A stretch of 63,650 nt of DNA, counting the filler, from Octopus bimaculoides (lineage: Eukaryota): the NCBI RefSeq assembly GCF_001194135.2. It is 7 parts of 7 records of this genome, joined end to end, with 100 filler letters (N's around TTAATTAATTAA, not from the genome) between each part and the next. Parts side by side here need not be neighbours in the genome. Positions count along the whole stretch, not along the records: positions 1 to 12,195 come from NC_068991.1; positions 12,296 to 27,831 come from NC_068997.1; 5 more parts are not named here. One strand, written 5' to 3'. A program made the translations under genes and the position numbers. Below are positions 11,274 to 24,865 of the stretch, one piece after another; position 1 is the first letter of the stretch, and each line of letters opens with the position of its first letter. The notes beneath the pieces were generated by a model. The model searched no databases, was not told the DNA's origin, and saw only the letters and a list, made by a program, of their open reading frames with translations.

Positions 11274-11578
11274 GTGAAAGCGCGTAGCATAGTGGTTAGG
11301 CATGTTGCACTCACAATCTAACGATCGTGTTTTCTATTTCCAGTCCGGTTGCACGTTATGTTCTCGAGCAAAACACTTCATTTCACGTTGTTCCTGTCCA
11401 CTCAGCTGTAAATAGGTAACCCTGCGACGGAGTAGCCTTCCGATCGGGGGGGGGGGGTTGGCCTGCTCCCCTAGCCAGTGGGGTGACATCATTCTAAAGC
11501 TGAAACGATGCAAAACGCATTGTGACCAGTAATGTATAACAACATCTGATAGTCTGGTTGATCACGTGATCACGTGAT
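11274..11578 (+). mobile_element. tRNA-derived SINE variant ending in (TGATCACG)n
   Basis: A-box-like TAGCATAGTGG head and GAGCAAAACACTTCATTTCACGTTG core. The tail is GATCACGTGATCACGTGAT. Confidence 0.65.
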
Positions 11579-11849
11579 GTATGTAAATACAAAACAGTGA
11601 CGAATAAAAAATATTTAGAAATTGAAACGAATTTTGGTTTGGTTATTGTCAACACACACCTGACAACCTACAACCTGACAATCCACCTGACATAAGGACA
11701 TAAGGAGCTTAAAAAAACTACCTCAATCATCTACAAATATGAAAAATTGCTTGACAAGGTCCGAGGCCCAGCAGAGGTAACTCCAGGGACCTACTTTTGA
11801 ATTGTGACCCACCAGTTGTGCTGACCTTTGAGTTACTGGAAATATTCTT

Positions 11850-12056
11850 TCCTACTCTAGGAACAAGGCCCGAAATTTTTTGGCGAGGGGGACCAGTCGA
11901 TTAGATCAGCCACAGTACGCAACTGATACTTAATTTATCAACCCCGAAAGGATGAAAGTCGACTTCGGAGTAATTTGAACTCAGAATGTAAAGACAGACG
12001 AAATACCGCTAAGCATTTCGCCCAGCATGCTAATGTTTCTACCAGCTCGCTGCCTT
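11850..12056 (-). mobile_element. Family B SINE
   Basis: Reverse complement of AAGGCAGCGAGCTGGTAGAAACATTAGCATGCTGGGCGAAATGCTTAGCGGTATTTCG... Confidence 0.8.
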
Positions 12057-12120
12057 GAGTTACTGGAAATATAAAAAGATAAAATGAAATATAAAAAGCA
12101 ATAAACATCTGAGATCTTAC

Positions 12121-12195
12121 CTCATAAAACGATAGGATTCCCTGTTCTCCAGTGTATTTGCCCTTTTCAGCACCCCCATCTGCTGGTGCATGAAC
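12121..12195 (-). CDS. GH18 chitinase, internal exon (5' side cut by gap): VHAPADGGAEKGKYTGEQGILSFYE
   Basis: Manual translation matches the chitinase G.YT.E.G.L(A/S)(Y/F)YE motif. It ends at a GAG|GTAAG donor (phase 0) and runs into the N gap at 12196. Confidence 0.9.
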
Positions 12196-12239
12196 NNNNN
12201 NNNNNNNNNNNNNNNNNNNNNNNNNNNNNNNNNNNNNNN

Positions 12240-12251
12240 TTAATTAATTAA
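12240..12251. other. Artificial scaffold linker TTAATTAATTAA; also at 27876-27887, 40878-40889, 47325-47336, 59379-59390 and 61161-61172
   Basis: An identical 12-mer with stops in all six frames, centred in a 100-bp N spacer each time. Confidence 0.95.
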
Positions 12252-12346
12252 NNNNNNNNNNNNNNNNNNNNNNNNNNNNNNNNNNNNNNNNNNNNTATAT
12301 ATATATATATATATATACGCAATCAAATCTACACATATAAGTACAC

Positions 12347-12415
<69 letters not shown>
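12347..12415. repeat. (GATA)n microsatellite; (TA)n, (CA)n and (TACA)n arrays are abundant throughout the window
   Basis: Direct reading. Confidence 0.95.
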
Positions 12416-12416
<1 letters not shown>

Positions 12417-12622
12417 CATAGAGAAAGATATATATATAAGAAAGAGATATATATTAAGAAAAATAAAAATATATATTTGTAATAACGTACGTACGTACGT
12501 ATATGTATATATGCATGTGTGTAAGAAAGTATTCTCGTTTGCGGTTGTTTATTTTTATAATTATGTATTATACATGCGCAACGTACTTATCTCCCTTTCT
12601 CTCTCTGATCCCCATCTCTCTC

Positions 12623-12669
<47 letters not shown>

Positions 12670-13485
12670 ATATATGTATATATATATATGCATACATATA
12701 CATTGACATATATATATATATGTATATGTATGTATGTATATATGCTTACATATGTATCTATAAATCAATCTATCTATATACATACATATATATATATATA
12801 TATTAATACATATTAATATGCTTACATGTACGTTTTCTCTGGAGTATATTTCACAAACGTGCGCATGTATATTTTGGTTTACTTTGTGTATACGATTAAG
12901 TAGGAAACCTTATACATTATACAACATTTCTATCTATACTTCCTTACTTCTTTATATATTTATATTATCTTTGCGGACAATGAAAAAGTCCCGTGCAGAC
13001 TCGTTGCAAGACAAGCAACTATGAAATAATTATAAACGATTTTCGCTGGAGACACGTTAAGGAAATTTAGTCCCATAGATTATTTTCCTATAATTTTATT
13101 TTAAACAATTTTATATATATATTTACTAATTGTTGCTTGTGTTACAGCTTATTTAATTTTCATCATTTTTTTTTCTATTCCTTAAATACTTTAATACATA
13201 TGTTTTTGATCACGTGGCTGCTAATTCCGTTTAACATAAATATTATGAAATTCAATTAGGGTGTATCTAATGAAGACATTTCAATTGCAAATAGTCGCTG
13301 TGTCTTGCAGGTTCTTTTTATTGTATGTTTCTCGTATTTTTGTTTCATTTTTGAAAAGATTTTTTGTATACCTCGCTTGTTTTATATACATAAATAACGT
13401 GCTGCATATCCATCTGTTTGTATTATTCGTTAAATTTTCACACACATGTATGTCTATATATCTATGTCAGAGAATGTGTAAGGAT

Positions 13486-13527
<42 letters not shown>

Positions 13528-13656
13528 ATACACATATATATCTGTATTTCCATATACATACATATATATGTGCGCGTGTGTGTATGGATATTTATATATA
13601 AAAATATATATACATCATATATACATAATCTATATATACATGCTTGTGTATGTGTG

Positions 13657-13687
<31 letters not shown>

Positions 13688-15008
13688 GCGTATGTATGTA
13701 TGCATGCATGTATAGATGTTAATATACAAAGGTACACATGCATAAATTATACGCATATGCAAATATATGCTTCTGCGTGTATCATTTTTCTTTGAGCCTG
13801 TCTATACATATATATGTATATATATATATATATATATTTATATATAATAGATAGATCGATAGATAGATAGATACATAGATGGAAATATATGTGTGTATTC
13901 TTAGTGCTCGTCCATTACATGAGTGTTTAAACACGATTCTAAATAGGATGTGTGCAGTTCAATTCTCGATTTAGCTGGATATTGGTACAAGGGATAAACG
14001 TAATTTTTTACACATGTAAATTTTTTACACAGTTTTTCTTCTATGTCCTAAATCATTATATAAGGTCTATTGTGCTTTACATTTTATTGTGGTTTTCACT
14101 GAGACATTCCAACAGTATTTTTTTTTTTTACTATAGTGGCTTCCACCATACTATGGGTTCTTATTTCTTTGCCCTCGGTATCATCGTTTCAACGTATCAC
14201 GTTATGCAGTGTCCTATCTATGAAAAATCATCTCATCGGTAGATAGTACCGTGATGACATTTTCGGAAAAATGCTTATGATATGGGTGAATCCTCGGTGT
14301 TAACTCCACCAAGTCTGCATCAGTTGTCACATTTAACTACTTTGACTGCTTCTCTGTCCCTTTTGTGCATCAGGTATTTGGTTGATATACCTGCATGTAT
14401 ATGTGTATGTATGTACATATGTATGCATGTACGTACGTATGTATGTATTTATGTATTCGTGTGTGTGTATGTATGTAAGTATGTGTGTCTGCGAAGAGCT
14501 TTCACTCAGCTTCTGTCTACCAAATTTTTCAACAAGGCATCAGTCACATAAAAAGTAAAGCAAAAACTATCAGAAGCCCAAATTCAAAAGATGCCAGGTT
14601 CCTTGTCACATGACAGACAGCATCGCTGAATCTACTATATAACAAATACAATCGGGGTAGATTGATATATGATGACACTATAACAGAGAATTAAGTAGAT
14701 ATATGAAGTCACAAAATGAAATTAACGCTAAAATATTTCATCACAAGTGTGTGATAAGTACTTTCATATGAAACATTAATATCTACATACATATAAATGT
14801 ATACGCATATGTGTATACGCATATATATATATATAAATGCACGTAAGTATGTACCTATGTATGTATTCCAATATCATTAGCGCCGATGCATCGAGTTATC
14901 ATTAAGCTGTCTACTCTTGGAGCTTAGATGGATTAACTGTTTGTTTTCTCACTATGGAAAGATCAATTTAAAATAAAGTACTGAAGTATCATATGTGAGG
15001 GAACGTGT

Positions 15009-15061
<53 letters not shown>

Positions 15062-15135
15062 TGTGAGTGCGTGTGTCTGTGAGCGTGTGCGCGCAGGTGT
15101 GTGGACAGATACATAAAATAATACAGACAGTTGAT

Positions 15136-15211
<76 letters not shown>

Positions 15212-18200
15212 CTGACTGACAGATAGAGAGAAAAATACATAGACAGAGAGTGAGAGAGAAAGTTAATGAGAGAGAGCTAATGATAGAGAGATTTAATGAG
15301 AGAGAGAGTGAGTGAGTGAGAGAAACAGACAGCCAGTCAGACATATAGATAGATAGGTAGATAAATGTATACATAGAGATTCATAAATACGTACATACAA
15401 TAATAGATAAATACATATATACATACATATATACATACATGAGTATACAGGGAGACAAAAAGCCATATATGTTTCGTGTATAGGTTTCTAGATATACTAT
15501 TGCTGTTTTGTACATAGATACGATATTATACATTTTGTTTTTTAAGGTACTCTTCGCCGTGGAACTTCCGTGAATGCAAAGGTGCGTATTTATGTGTACA
15601 TGGATTCTTCGATAATTCCTCATATATATATATATATATATATANNNNNNNNNNNNNNNNNNNNNNNNNNNNNNNNNNNNNNNNNNNNNNNNNNNNNNNN
15701 NNNNNNNNNNNNNNNNNNNNNNNNNNNNNNNNNNNNNNNNNNNNNNNNNNNNNNNNNNNNNNNNNNNNNNNNNNNNNNNNNNNNNNNNNNNNNNNNNNNN
15801 NNNNNNNNNNNNNNNNNNNNNNNNNNNNNNNNNNNNNNNNNNNNNNNNNNNNNNNNNNNNNNNNNNNNNNNNNNNNNNNNNNNNNNNNNNNNNNNNNNNN
15901 NNNNNNNNNNNNNNNNNNNNNNNNNNNNNNNNNNNNNNNNNNNNNNNNNNNNNNNNNNNNNNNNNNNNNNNNNNNNNNNNNNNNNNNNNNNNNNNNNNNN
16001 NNNNNNNNNNNNNNNNNNNNNNNNNNNNNNNNNNNNNNNNNNNNNNNNNNNNNNNNNNNNNNNNNNNNNNNNNNNNNNNNNNNNNNNNNNNNNNNNNNNN
16101 NNNNNNNNNNNNNNNNNNNNNNNNNNNNNNNNNNNNNNNNNNNNNNNNNNNNNNNNNNNNNNNNNNNNNNNNNNNNNNNNNNNNNNNNNNNNNNNNNNNN
16201 NNNNNNNNNNNNNNNNNNNNNNNNNNNNNNNNNNNNNNNNNNNNNNNNNNNNNNNNNNNNNNNNNNNNNNNNNNNNNNNNNNNNNNNNNNNNNNNNNNNN
16301 NNNNNNNNNNNNNNNNNNNNNNNNNNNNNNNNNNNNNNNNNNNNNNNNNNNNNNNNNNNNNNNNNNNNNNNNNNNNNNNNNNNNNNNNNNNNNNNNNNNN
16401 NNNNNNNNNNNNNNNNNNNNNNNNNNNNNNNNNNNNNNNNNNNNNNNNNNNNNNNNNNNNNNNNNNNNNNNNNNNNNNNNNNNNNNNNNNNNNNNNNNNN
16501 NNNNNNNNNNNNNNNNNNNNNNNNNNNNNNNNNNNNNNNNNNNNNNNNNNNNNNNNNNNNNTTTTTTATATTATAATAAAAGAAAAGCTTTCATGTGGTT
16601 GTGTGGTTTAGAAGCTTTCTTTGCTGTCCCGGTGTTTCGGGTTCATTCCGACTACGCGACATCTTGAGCGACTCTTGTATTTTAGTGCGTGGACCAATCA
16701 AATGTGTATTTGTATGCGAGAGTGCGTGCGTGTGTGTGTGTGCGTGTGTGTGTCTGTGTCTGTGCGTGTGTATGAGTGTGTGTGCATGTGTGTGTGTGTG
16801 TGTGAATGTGTGTATGTGAGTATGTGTATTTGTCAGACACCACTCGACAACGCAGTTCGTTTGCTTACATTTCCATAAACTATCGGTTCAGCAAAAGATA
16901 TCGATATAATAAACACATTATTCTAAACATTAATTACTAAAGTAATTAATTACTAGGATCCATTTGTGCTACTAAATCATTCAAGCCGGTGTCCCAGCAT
17001 GCTCGCTGTTTAGTGACTGAAGCAAAAAAAAAAAGAGACAAAGAGAGAGAGATGCCTATACGAACATGTGTAGTATGTCGTATAGTAATATAATAACATC
17101 ATTTTACATTTTGCTCCAATCCTAAAACTGCATTACCGTATTTAAACGTGTATAAGGAGACCCCTAATTTTGGGGGCTTAAAACTTGGAAAAATGGTTTT
17201 GTAAGGGATTATAATATCATTCATGTATAAGAAACTCCCATATATTTTTAACCTAATTTTTGACAAGAAAGTTTCCCTATACATCTTAAAATACGGTATT
17301 TATTTTACAAGTTGTAGGATAAGTTTCATGTAGTCTGGAATCCAGGGGCACAAGAATGGTTTCCAAACTGTCTTGATATTTTTGAGAAGTGAGTATCGCT
17401 AAAGCGTTAGAAATAATGACCAGCGATATTCCTCTAGATCTTTTCGTTCCCGGCTCAAATCCCACCGTGGTCAACTCTGGCTTTCAACGTTTTGGGGTCG
17501 ATTAAATAAAGTGCCTGTTAAGTACTGTGGTTGATTTCATCGTCTAAACACTTCATCTGAAAATTGTTAGCATTGTGCCTTAATTAAAAACATTCTAATG
17601 ATAACTGTCGTTGGTTTATCTCGTCCCAACAGCACGTGCTTAGGTATCGTTTAACTGAAAATGAAGACTATGAAATGGAAAACTTACAGCCAGGTCATAT
17701 ACAATTTTATTTGGGAGAAGAGTAATTACATTTTTAATAATAATAATCATGATAGTATTGGGAATACTTTTGGTGACGTTCTTAACGCCAGTTACAAATA
17801 TAACTGCGTAACGCTTTTAGCAAGATATTTCAGCAATCAATTCCGATAAACATAGAGATACCGAAAATGGAAGTGGTGTTCCTCTCTACTTTTATCCTAT
17901 ATGGAATGAATGTGTTGCATCTATCATTCCTTAATCATTTTCTGTCATACCCGTGTAGTCCATTGCGATGTCAACGGGTGTTACGCGTGTGTTCCCATAC
18001 ACAATAGCCTTTGGGAGAAATGTTCCTTCGTGCAAATAGACAATTGGAAGCATTTGGTTAGTTACAGATTGAAGTATGGAATGAAGAATATGTGAGCGTG
18101 CGTTTGGTTTTGTTATGGTATATAATTGGGGGTGCGATACCGTCTTAGCATGAAAAGTTAAACTTGTCTTTACCGATTTTAAAGAGCTTATGATAACTGT

Positions 18201-18814
18201 AGCTTCTTTGTAAACGCTTTATTAATTAGTATCTGGACGCTCCTATTAATATTGGGGGAAATATATAGATTGCATGGAGGATTAAACCAGATTACTTTTC
18301 TCCTTCTATCACTCTTCGGGCCCTTCTATCGTAAAATAGTACGGTGTTACAGATGACACTGTCTGCCAATAGGGTACAAAATGTACTGCTGGTACATTTG
18401 ACCTGTTTTCTAATTACAGCAGAATGTGTTAGTGTATCTATGAAATAATATAGTCTCCTTGTTAGGTTTTCTGTAAGGGTAGTATTTATCTGTCTCTTCA
18501 AGATAGTGTCCCAGCATGACCACAACCCAATGAGGTGGAAAATTACGAGATATATAATTGATAGCAACTGAAGCTAAACTAATATCAAAAGCTAATATTC
18601 ATCTCGCACTTATATTCGATACGCTTCAACGCCAGATTACTGAACGATTCATCATGAAAGAGTCACATGGAGTCGCGGTGCATCAGATCACTTGCGTTTA
18701 TATTGCTGACTTAAACCACAAGTCCATATGAGAGGCTCTCTCGTGGGTAAATAACACAGTATGCTATGTTCTAACACAACATTCGCCTTGACTGGCAGGT
18801 GAATATTAACTTTT

Positions 18815-18975
18815 AGTGGCTGAGTGGTAAGAAGGTGATTTTCCAGTTACATGGTTCCGGGTTCGGTCCAACTGCGTGGCACATTGGGCAAGTGTTTTCT
18901 GCTATAACCTCGGGCCGACCAAAGCTTTGTAAGTGGATTTGGTAGGTGGAAACTGAAAGAAGTTCGTCATATATA
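18815..18975 (+). mobile_element. Family C SINE 5' half
   Basis: GTGGCTGAGTGGTAAGAAG...GGTTCCGGGTTCGGTCC...GGAAACTGAAAGAAG followed by (TA)n and a gap. Confidence 0.8.
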
Positions 18976-19947
18976 NNNNNNNNNNNNNNNNNNNNNNNNN
19001 NNNNNNNNNNNNNNNNNNNNNNNNNNNNNNNNNNNNNNNNNNNNNNNNNNNNNNNNNNNNNNNNNNNNNNNNNNNNNNNNNNNNNNNNNNNNNNNNNNNN
19101 NNNNNNNNNNNNNNNNNNNNNNNNNNNNNNNNNNNNNNNNNNNNNNNNNNNNNNNNNNNNNNNNNNNNNNNNNNNNNNNNNNNNNNNNNNNNNNNNNNNN
19201 NNNNNNNNNNNNNNNNNNNNNNNNNNNNNNNNNNNNNNNNNNNNNNNNNNNNNNNNNNNNNNNNNNNNNNNNNNNNNNNNNNNNNNNNNNNNNNNNNNNN
19301 NNNNNNNNNNNNNNNNNNNNNNNNNNNNNNNNNNNNNNNNNNNNNNNNNNNNNNNNNNNNNNNNNNNNNNNNNNNNNNNNNNNNNNNNNNNNNNNNNNNN
19401 NNNNNNNNNNNNNNNNNNNNNNNNNNNNNNNNNNNNNNNNNNNNNNNNNNNNNNNNNNNNNNNNNNNNNNNNNNNNNNNNNNNNNNNNNNNNNNNNNNNN
19501 NNNNNNNNNNNNNNNNNNNNNNNNNNNNNNNNNNNNNNNNNNNNNNNNNNNNNNNNNNNNNNNNNNNNNNNNNNNNNNNNNNNNNNNNNNNNNNNNNNNN
19601 NNNNNNNNNNNNNNNNNNNNNNNNNNNNNNNNNNNNNNNNNNNNNNNNNNNNNNNNNNNNNNNNNNNNNNNNNNNNNNNNNNNNNNNNNNNNNNNNNNNN
19701 NNNNNNNNNNNNNNNNNNNNNNNNNNNNNNNNNNNNNNNNNNNNNNNNNNNNNNNNNNNNNNNNNNNNNNNNNNNNNNNNNNNNNNNNNNNNNNNNNNNN
19801 NNNNNNNNNNNNNNNNNNNNNNNNNNNNNNNNNNNNNNNNNNNNNNNNNNNNNNNNNNNNNNNNNNNNNNNNNNNNNNNNNNNNNNNNNNNNNNNNTATA
19901 TATATATATATATATATACACTCACACAAACACAAACACACACAAGC

Positions 19948-19982
<35 letters not shown>

Positions 19983-21420
19983 GACATACAAGAGACTGGT
20001 GTGCATATGATTGTACGATTGTATATAAGTTTATAAGTATGGATATGTATAATAATATTTTCCCTCAGCACAACACTACGTGATAAGTAAGCATAATGGA
20101 AGATTGGTGCATTAGGGCGAAATTAACATTCAGACACCTACATGTTGAGAATTCCGAATAAACTCTACGTTATATGCATACATACATACGTACATANNNN
20201 NNNNNNATATGGTATTCAGGTAAAGACCAGCGTGTGTATGTGTGCGTGTGTGTGTGAAAGCTATTGGTCTACTATAAACAGAACTTCCACCAGTTCCAGG
20301 GCAGTTAACCGTTGGTCAGATCTAAAACATTAATACTTCATTTATTTTTATAGAAAATATATAGTTTATGTATAATAGTTTCCTTTTAAACTTTTTTTCC
20401 AGATATTATCTGTCTCTAGCTCTTTCTCCTTCTCTCTCTCTCTCTCTACGTCTGTGTCTACCTTTCTAACTCCCTTGCTCTCTCCCAATCTCTCTGTAGA
20501 TACATAGAAGTATGCGTACATTTATATATATTATAATACATACATACATACATACATATATNNNNNNNNNNNNNNNNNNNNNNNNNNNNNNNNNNNNNNN
20601 NNNNNNNNNNNNNNNNNNNNNNNNNNNNNNNNNNNNNNNNNNNNNNNNNNNNNNNNNNNNNNNNNNNNNNNNNNNNNNNNNNNNNNNNNNNNNNNNNNNN
20701 NNNNNNNNNNNNNNNNNNNNNNNNNNNNNNNNNNNNNNNNNNNNNNNNNNNNNNNNNNNNNNNNNNNNNNNNNNNNNNNNNNNNNNNNNNNNNNNNNNNN
20801 NNNNNNNNNNNNNNNNNNNNNNNNNNNNNNNNNNNNNNNNNNNNNNNNNNNNNNNNNNNNNNNNNNNNNNNNNNNNNNNNNNNNNNNNNNNNNNNNNNNN
20901 NNNNNNNNNNNNNNNNNNNNNNNNNNNNNNNNNNNNNNNNNNNNNNNNNNNNNNNNNNNNNNNNNNNNNNNNNNNNNNNNNNNNNNNNNNNNNNNNNNNN
21001 NNNNNNNNNNNNNNNNNNNNNNNNNNNNNNNNNNNNNNNNNNNNNNNNNNNNNNNNNNNNNNNNNNNNNNNNNNNNNNNNNNNNNNNNNNNNNNNNNNNN
21101 NNNNNNNNNNNNNNNNNNNNNNNNNNNNNNNNNNNNNNNNNNNNNNNNNNNNNNNNNNNNNNNNNNNNNNNNNNNNNNNNNNNNNNNNNNNNNNNNNNNN
21201 NNNNNNNNNNNNNNNNNNNNNNNNNNNNNNNNNNNNNNNNNNNNNNNNNNNNNNNNNNNNNNNNNNNNNNNNNNNNNNNNNNNNNNNNNTTTTTTTTTTT
21301 TTTTTAATGCACAATATGTACTTCCACCCCGAAATAACAAATGTGGGTGAGATACGATAGCGACTAACCGACATTGCAACCACGACCCTTATGTGGTTCA
21401 TGAAGACGACGATGAAAACA

Positions 21421-21468
21421 GTAGCAGCAGCATTTGCACCAGTAGTAGTAGTAGTAGTAGTTGTTGTT

Positions 21469-21500
<32 letters not shown>

Positions 21501-21507
21501 TGTTGTT

Positions 21508-21539
<32 letters not shown>

Positions 21540-21653
21540 TGTTGTTGTGATGATGGCCATGGTGCAGATAGTGGTGATGGTCGTGATTTCAGGTGGTGGT
21601 CGTAATTTCAGGTGGTGGTCGTGCTCGTAGCTGTCTGGCCATCTTCGTGCTTC

Positions 21654-21741
<88 letters not shown>
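21421..21741. repeat. Compound (AGT)n/(TGT)n/(AGC)n trinucleotide arrays with a 19-bp duplication at ~21581-21620
   Basis: Direct reading. Confidence 0.9.
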
Positions 21742-21742
<1 letters not shown>

Positions 21743-22100
21743 GTGCCAGTAGCACAATTAGAAGAGATGTTAATAGAAAATATTATAAACTGCATTCAAG
21801 TTGGTAATTTTATACTTTATATATTAAAATTGTGAAATTATGTTGGAAAATTATGAAAAGTGCAAATTGATGTTCCAAGATTGCCTACGGTAAATCGTTA
21901 TATTCCTTTTGTTTTAGTATTAGTATTATTTTTCTTCTTATTTCTGGAAAGCACTCTTCTTAACATAGAGAATATTTCATGTTTATTAATTACACACGTC
22001 ATTGACTTAATTTGGTTTGACCCTGGAATATACTTTTGCTTTTTTATGTTATAATCTAACGTACATACACACAGACAGACTGGTAAATACATCCACTCAC

Positions 22101-22178
<78 letters not shown>

Positions 22179-22195
22179 GGATGGATGGATGGATG

Positions 22196-22255
<60 letters not shown>
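22101..22255. repeat. (GATA)n/(GGAT)n array
   Basis: Direct reading. Confidence 0.95.
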
Positions 22256-22257
<2 letters not shown>

Positions 22258-22485
22258 AACGGGGATTCTATTAATGATATATTACTGATAGTAAGATCCC
22301 CGCAGCTAGCCCGGCAATAAAGGAAATGGTACTTGAGCTTAGGATATAATTAAACCTTACCGTGCGTTCGAAATTCTGTTGATGTAACTGCATGAGGATT
22401 AGGAAACTGCAGTAAGTATATGGAATATATTTCGTTTGTTTTAAACTTTCACTTCTGATCAATTTGATTGATTTTCATTTATATA

Positions 22486-22666
22486 CAGGGTGTCCCAAAA
22501 AGATGTGCTCACTCTTTGACAGACGATTACTAATGTATTGTTTTTTATTATTATTATTATTATTTCAGACGCAACAACCCTTCACAATGGTAAATGCACA
22601 ACTAAGGTTTGAGCAAAAACAATTATATTAAAGTGATCCTGGAAGCATGAAAATGTCGAGGAAGTG
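22486..22666 (+). mobile_element. Tc1/mariner-group transposon left end with decayed transposase N-terminus
   Basis: TA|CAGGGTGTCCCAAAA terminus. ATG at 22587 reads MVNAQLRFEQKQ-(frameshift)-ILK*.WKHENVEEV, like HTH N-termini of DD37-type transposases. Runs into a gap. Confidence 0.6.
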
Positions 22667-22766
22667 NNNNNNNNNNNNNNNNNNNNNNNNNNNNNNNNNN
22701 NNNNNNNNNNNNNNNNNNNNNNNNNNNNNNNNNNNNNNNNNNNNNNNNNNNNNNNNNNNNNNNNNN

Positions 22767-22806
<40 letters not shown>

Positions 22807-23077
22807 TATGTATATAATATATACACGTCAAGCATACACAAAGTGAGTGTGCTTGTATGTATTTATGTTAGTATGTATGTATGTATGTATGTATGTATGT
22901 ATTCATGCATTTATGTATGCATATATGTCGAAATTGCTGGTAGGGACACCTTGCTTCGTTTTGTGACTGGTGAGGCAGATGATGATACAATGAGGAAAGA
23001 TAGAAGATATGCTAGATAGATGAAAATAAATATTGAGTTTTGAATATAATTAGATCCATTCAAAGAGATTCGTATGT

Positions 23078-23132
<55 letters not shown>

Positions 23133-23261
23133 TACACACATACACACAGAGTATATGTATAAAAGAATATATGTAAAGACATTTAATATTTATATGGAGG
23201 AGATGAGAGTAAAAAAATATATACCTACCTGCACGGGTGTATGCATACACACACACACACA

Positions 23262-23321
<60 letters not shown>

Positions 23322-23331
23322 CATACATACA

Positions 23332-23364
<33 letters not shown>

Positions 23365-23384
23365 GNNNNNNNNNNATACATACA

Positions 23385-23417
<33 letters not shown>

Positions 23418-24276
23418 GTATATATATATATATAGGTAAATTTGAATATATGTACGTCGAGGTTCCCCGAGCTGATTGGTGAGAGGTGATGTAAACAAGA
23501 TCTAGGAATACATGCTTCAAATATAGTAAATACATATATGCATATATTTCATATGTATATATGTGTGTTCATACATGTACATAACTCTATACATACTTAA
23601 GCAAATTGTATTATCGAACTAATACTGTTAGTATTGAATATGATGGAGATAATCAAATTTAAGATATTAAATATGAAAAACCGAAAATACTTAACTAATA
23701 AGGAAGTATAGACAGACATATTTACATTTTTTCTCAATCTATACATATATTTTCTGAATACATAGATAGATATGTATGTATATACATACATTCATATATA
23801 CATACATATATACAAATATATTACATACATACATGTGTTGTATGTGCTTGATTTTATTGAATTCCAATTAGATCTTACATTGTTTGAGAAGCATTTTATG
23901 ATAGAAGACACATAATTATTCTCTATATTTATAAGTAGAATTGGTATCCAATACATACGTACACTACGATAAATAATAACAAAACTGTTTCTTGAATTTC
24001 ATATTTTTACGCAGGGGTCGTGGGTCAAGAATTTATTTCTTTGTTTCTCTAAATTCCTTAACCTGTCTTCCCTCCCAAGAAAACCAAATCTTTTCGCGGC
24101 TTACCTGCTGTGAACATGAACAGGTTGAAACTGATGAAATCAACGAGATTTTTAAAAATCACCCGGACTGAAATCATCGCTTATTTCACCAGTCAGTTGC
24201 TATGAAGTCTTTAAATATATATCTAACCCTCTCTTATTATTAAGATATATGAAGGTATTCACATACATGTATATGT

Positions 24277-24366
<90 letters not shown>

Positions 24367-24739
24367 TTGCGCATGCAATCCTACATGTTTGCAATGCACA
24401 TTACACTTGTACTTTACTGTTATATTCTTGTCTAGAGTGCCGGAACAAAACTAATATGTCTTCTACCTCTAAATCGAAACATTCTTGCGACATATATAAT
24501 TGCAAAGTCACGTGCGATGTTTCCATGGAAAAATGTCGACGATTGTAATGTTAAACGCCTATAGTAAACATCGTAGGTTATTTGTGTGATGTCAATTCAA
24601 AGGTTGTGTAAAGTGCACAGTTTTTCTTTGATTTATGTAACAACTGAATCTTATACACTTTATAAAAGTTGAAACACACATGAGCGTTTCGACGTCGTAA
24701 CTGGAGTAAATCTTTATCCATTAAACAGAGGCAAGACAT

Positions 24740-24865
24740 TTTGGATGAAATGTTTGAGGAGAATATTTGATGAAAATTTTTGATGAAAATGTTTGATGAA
24801 AATGTCTGATGAAAATTGTGATGTTTCATGAAATTGTTTGATGAAAATGTTTGATGAAAATGTTT
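24740..24865. repeat. Degenerate 13-bp minisatellite (TTTGATGAAAATG)n
   Basis: About nine imperfect units read directly. Confidence 0.85.
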
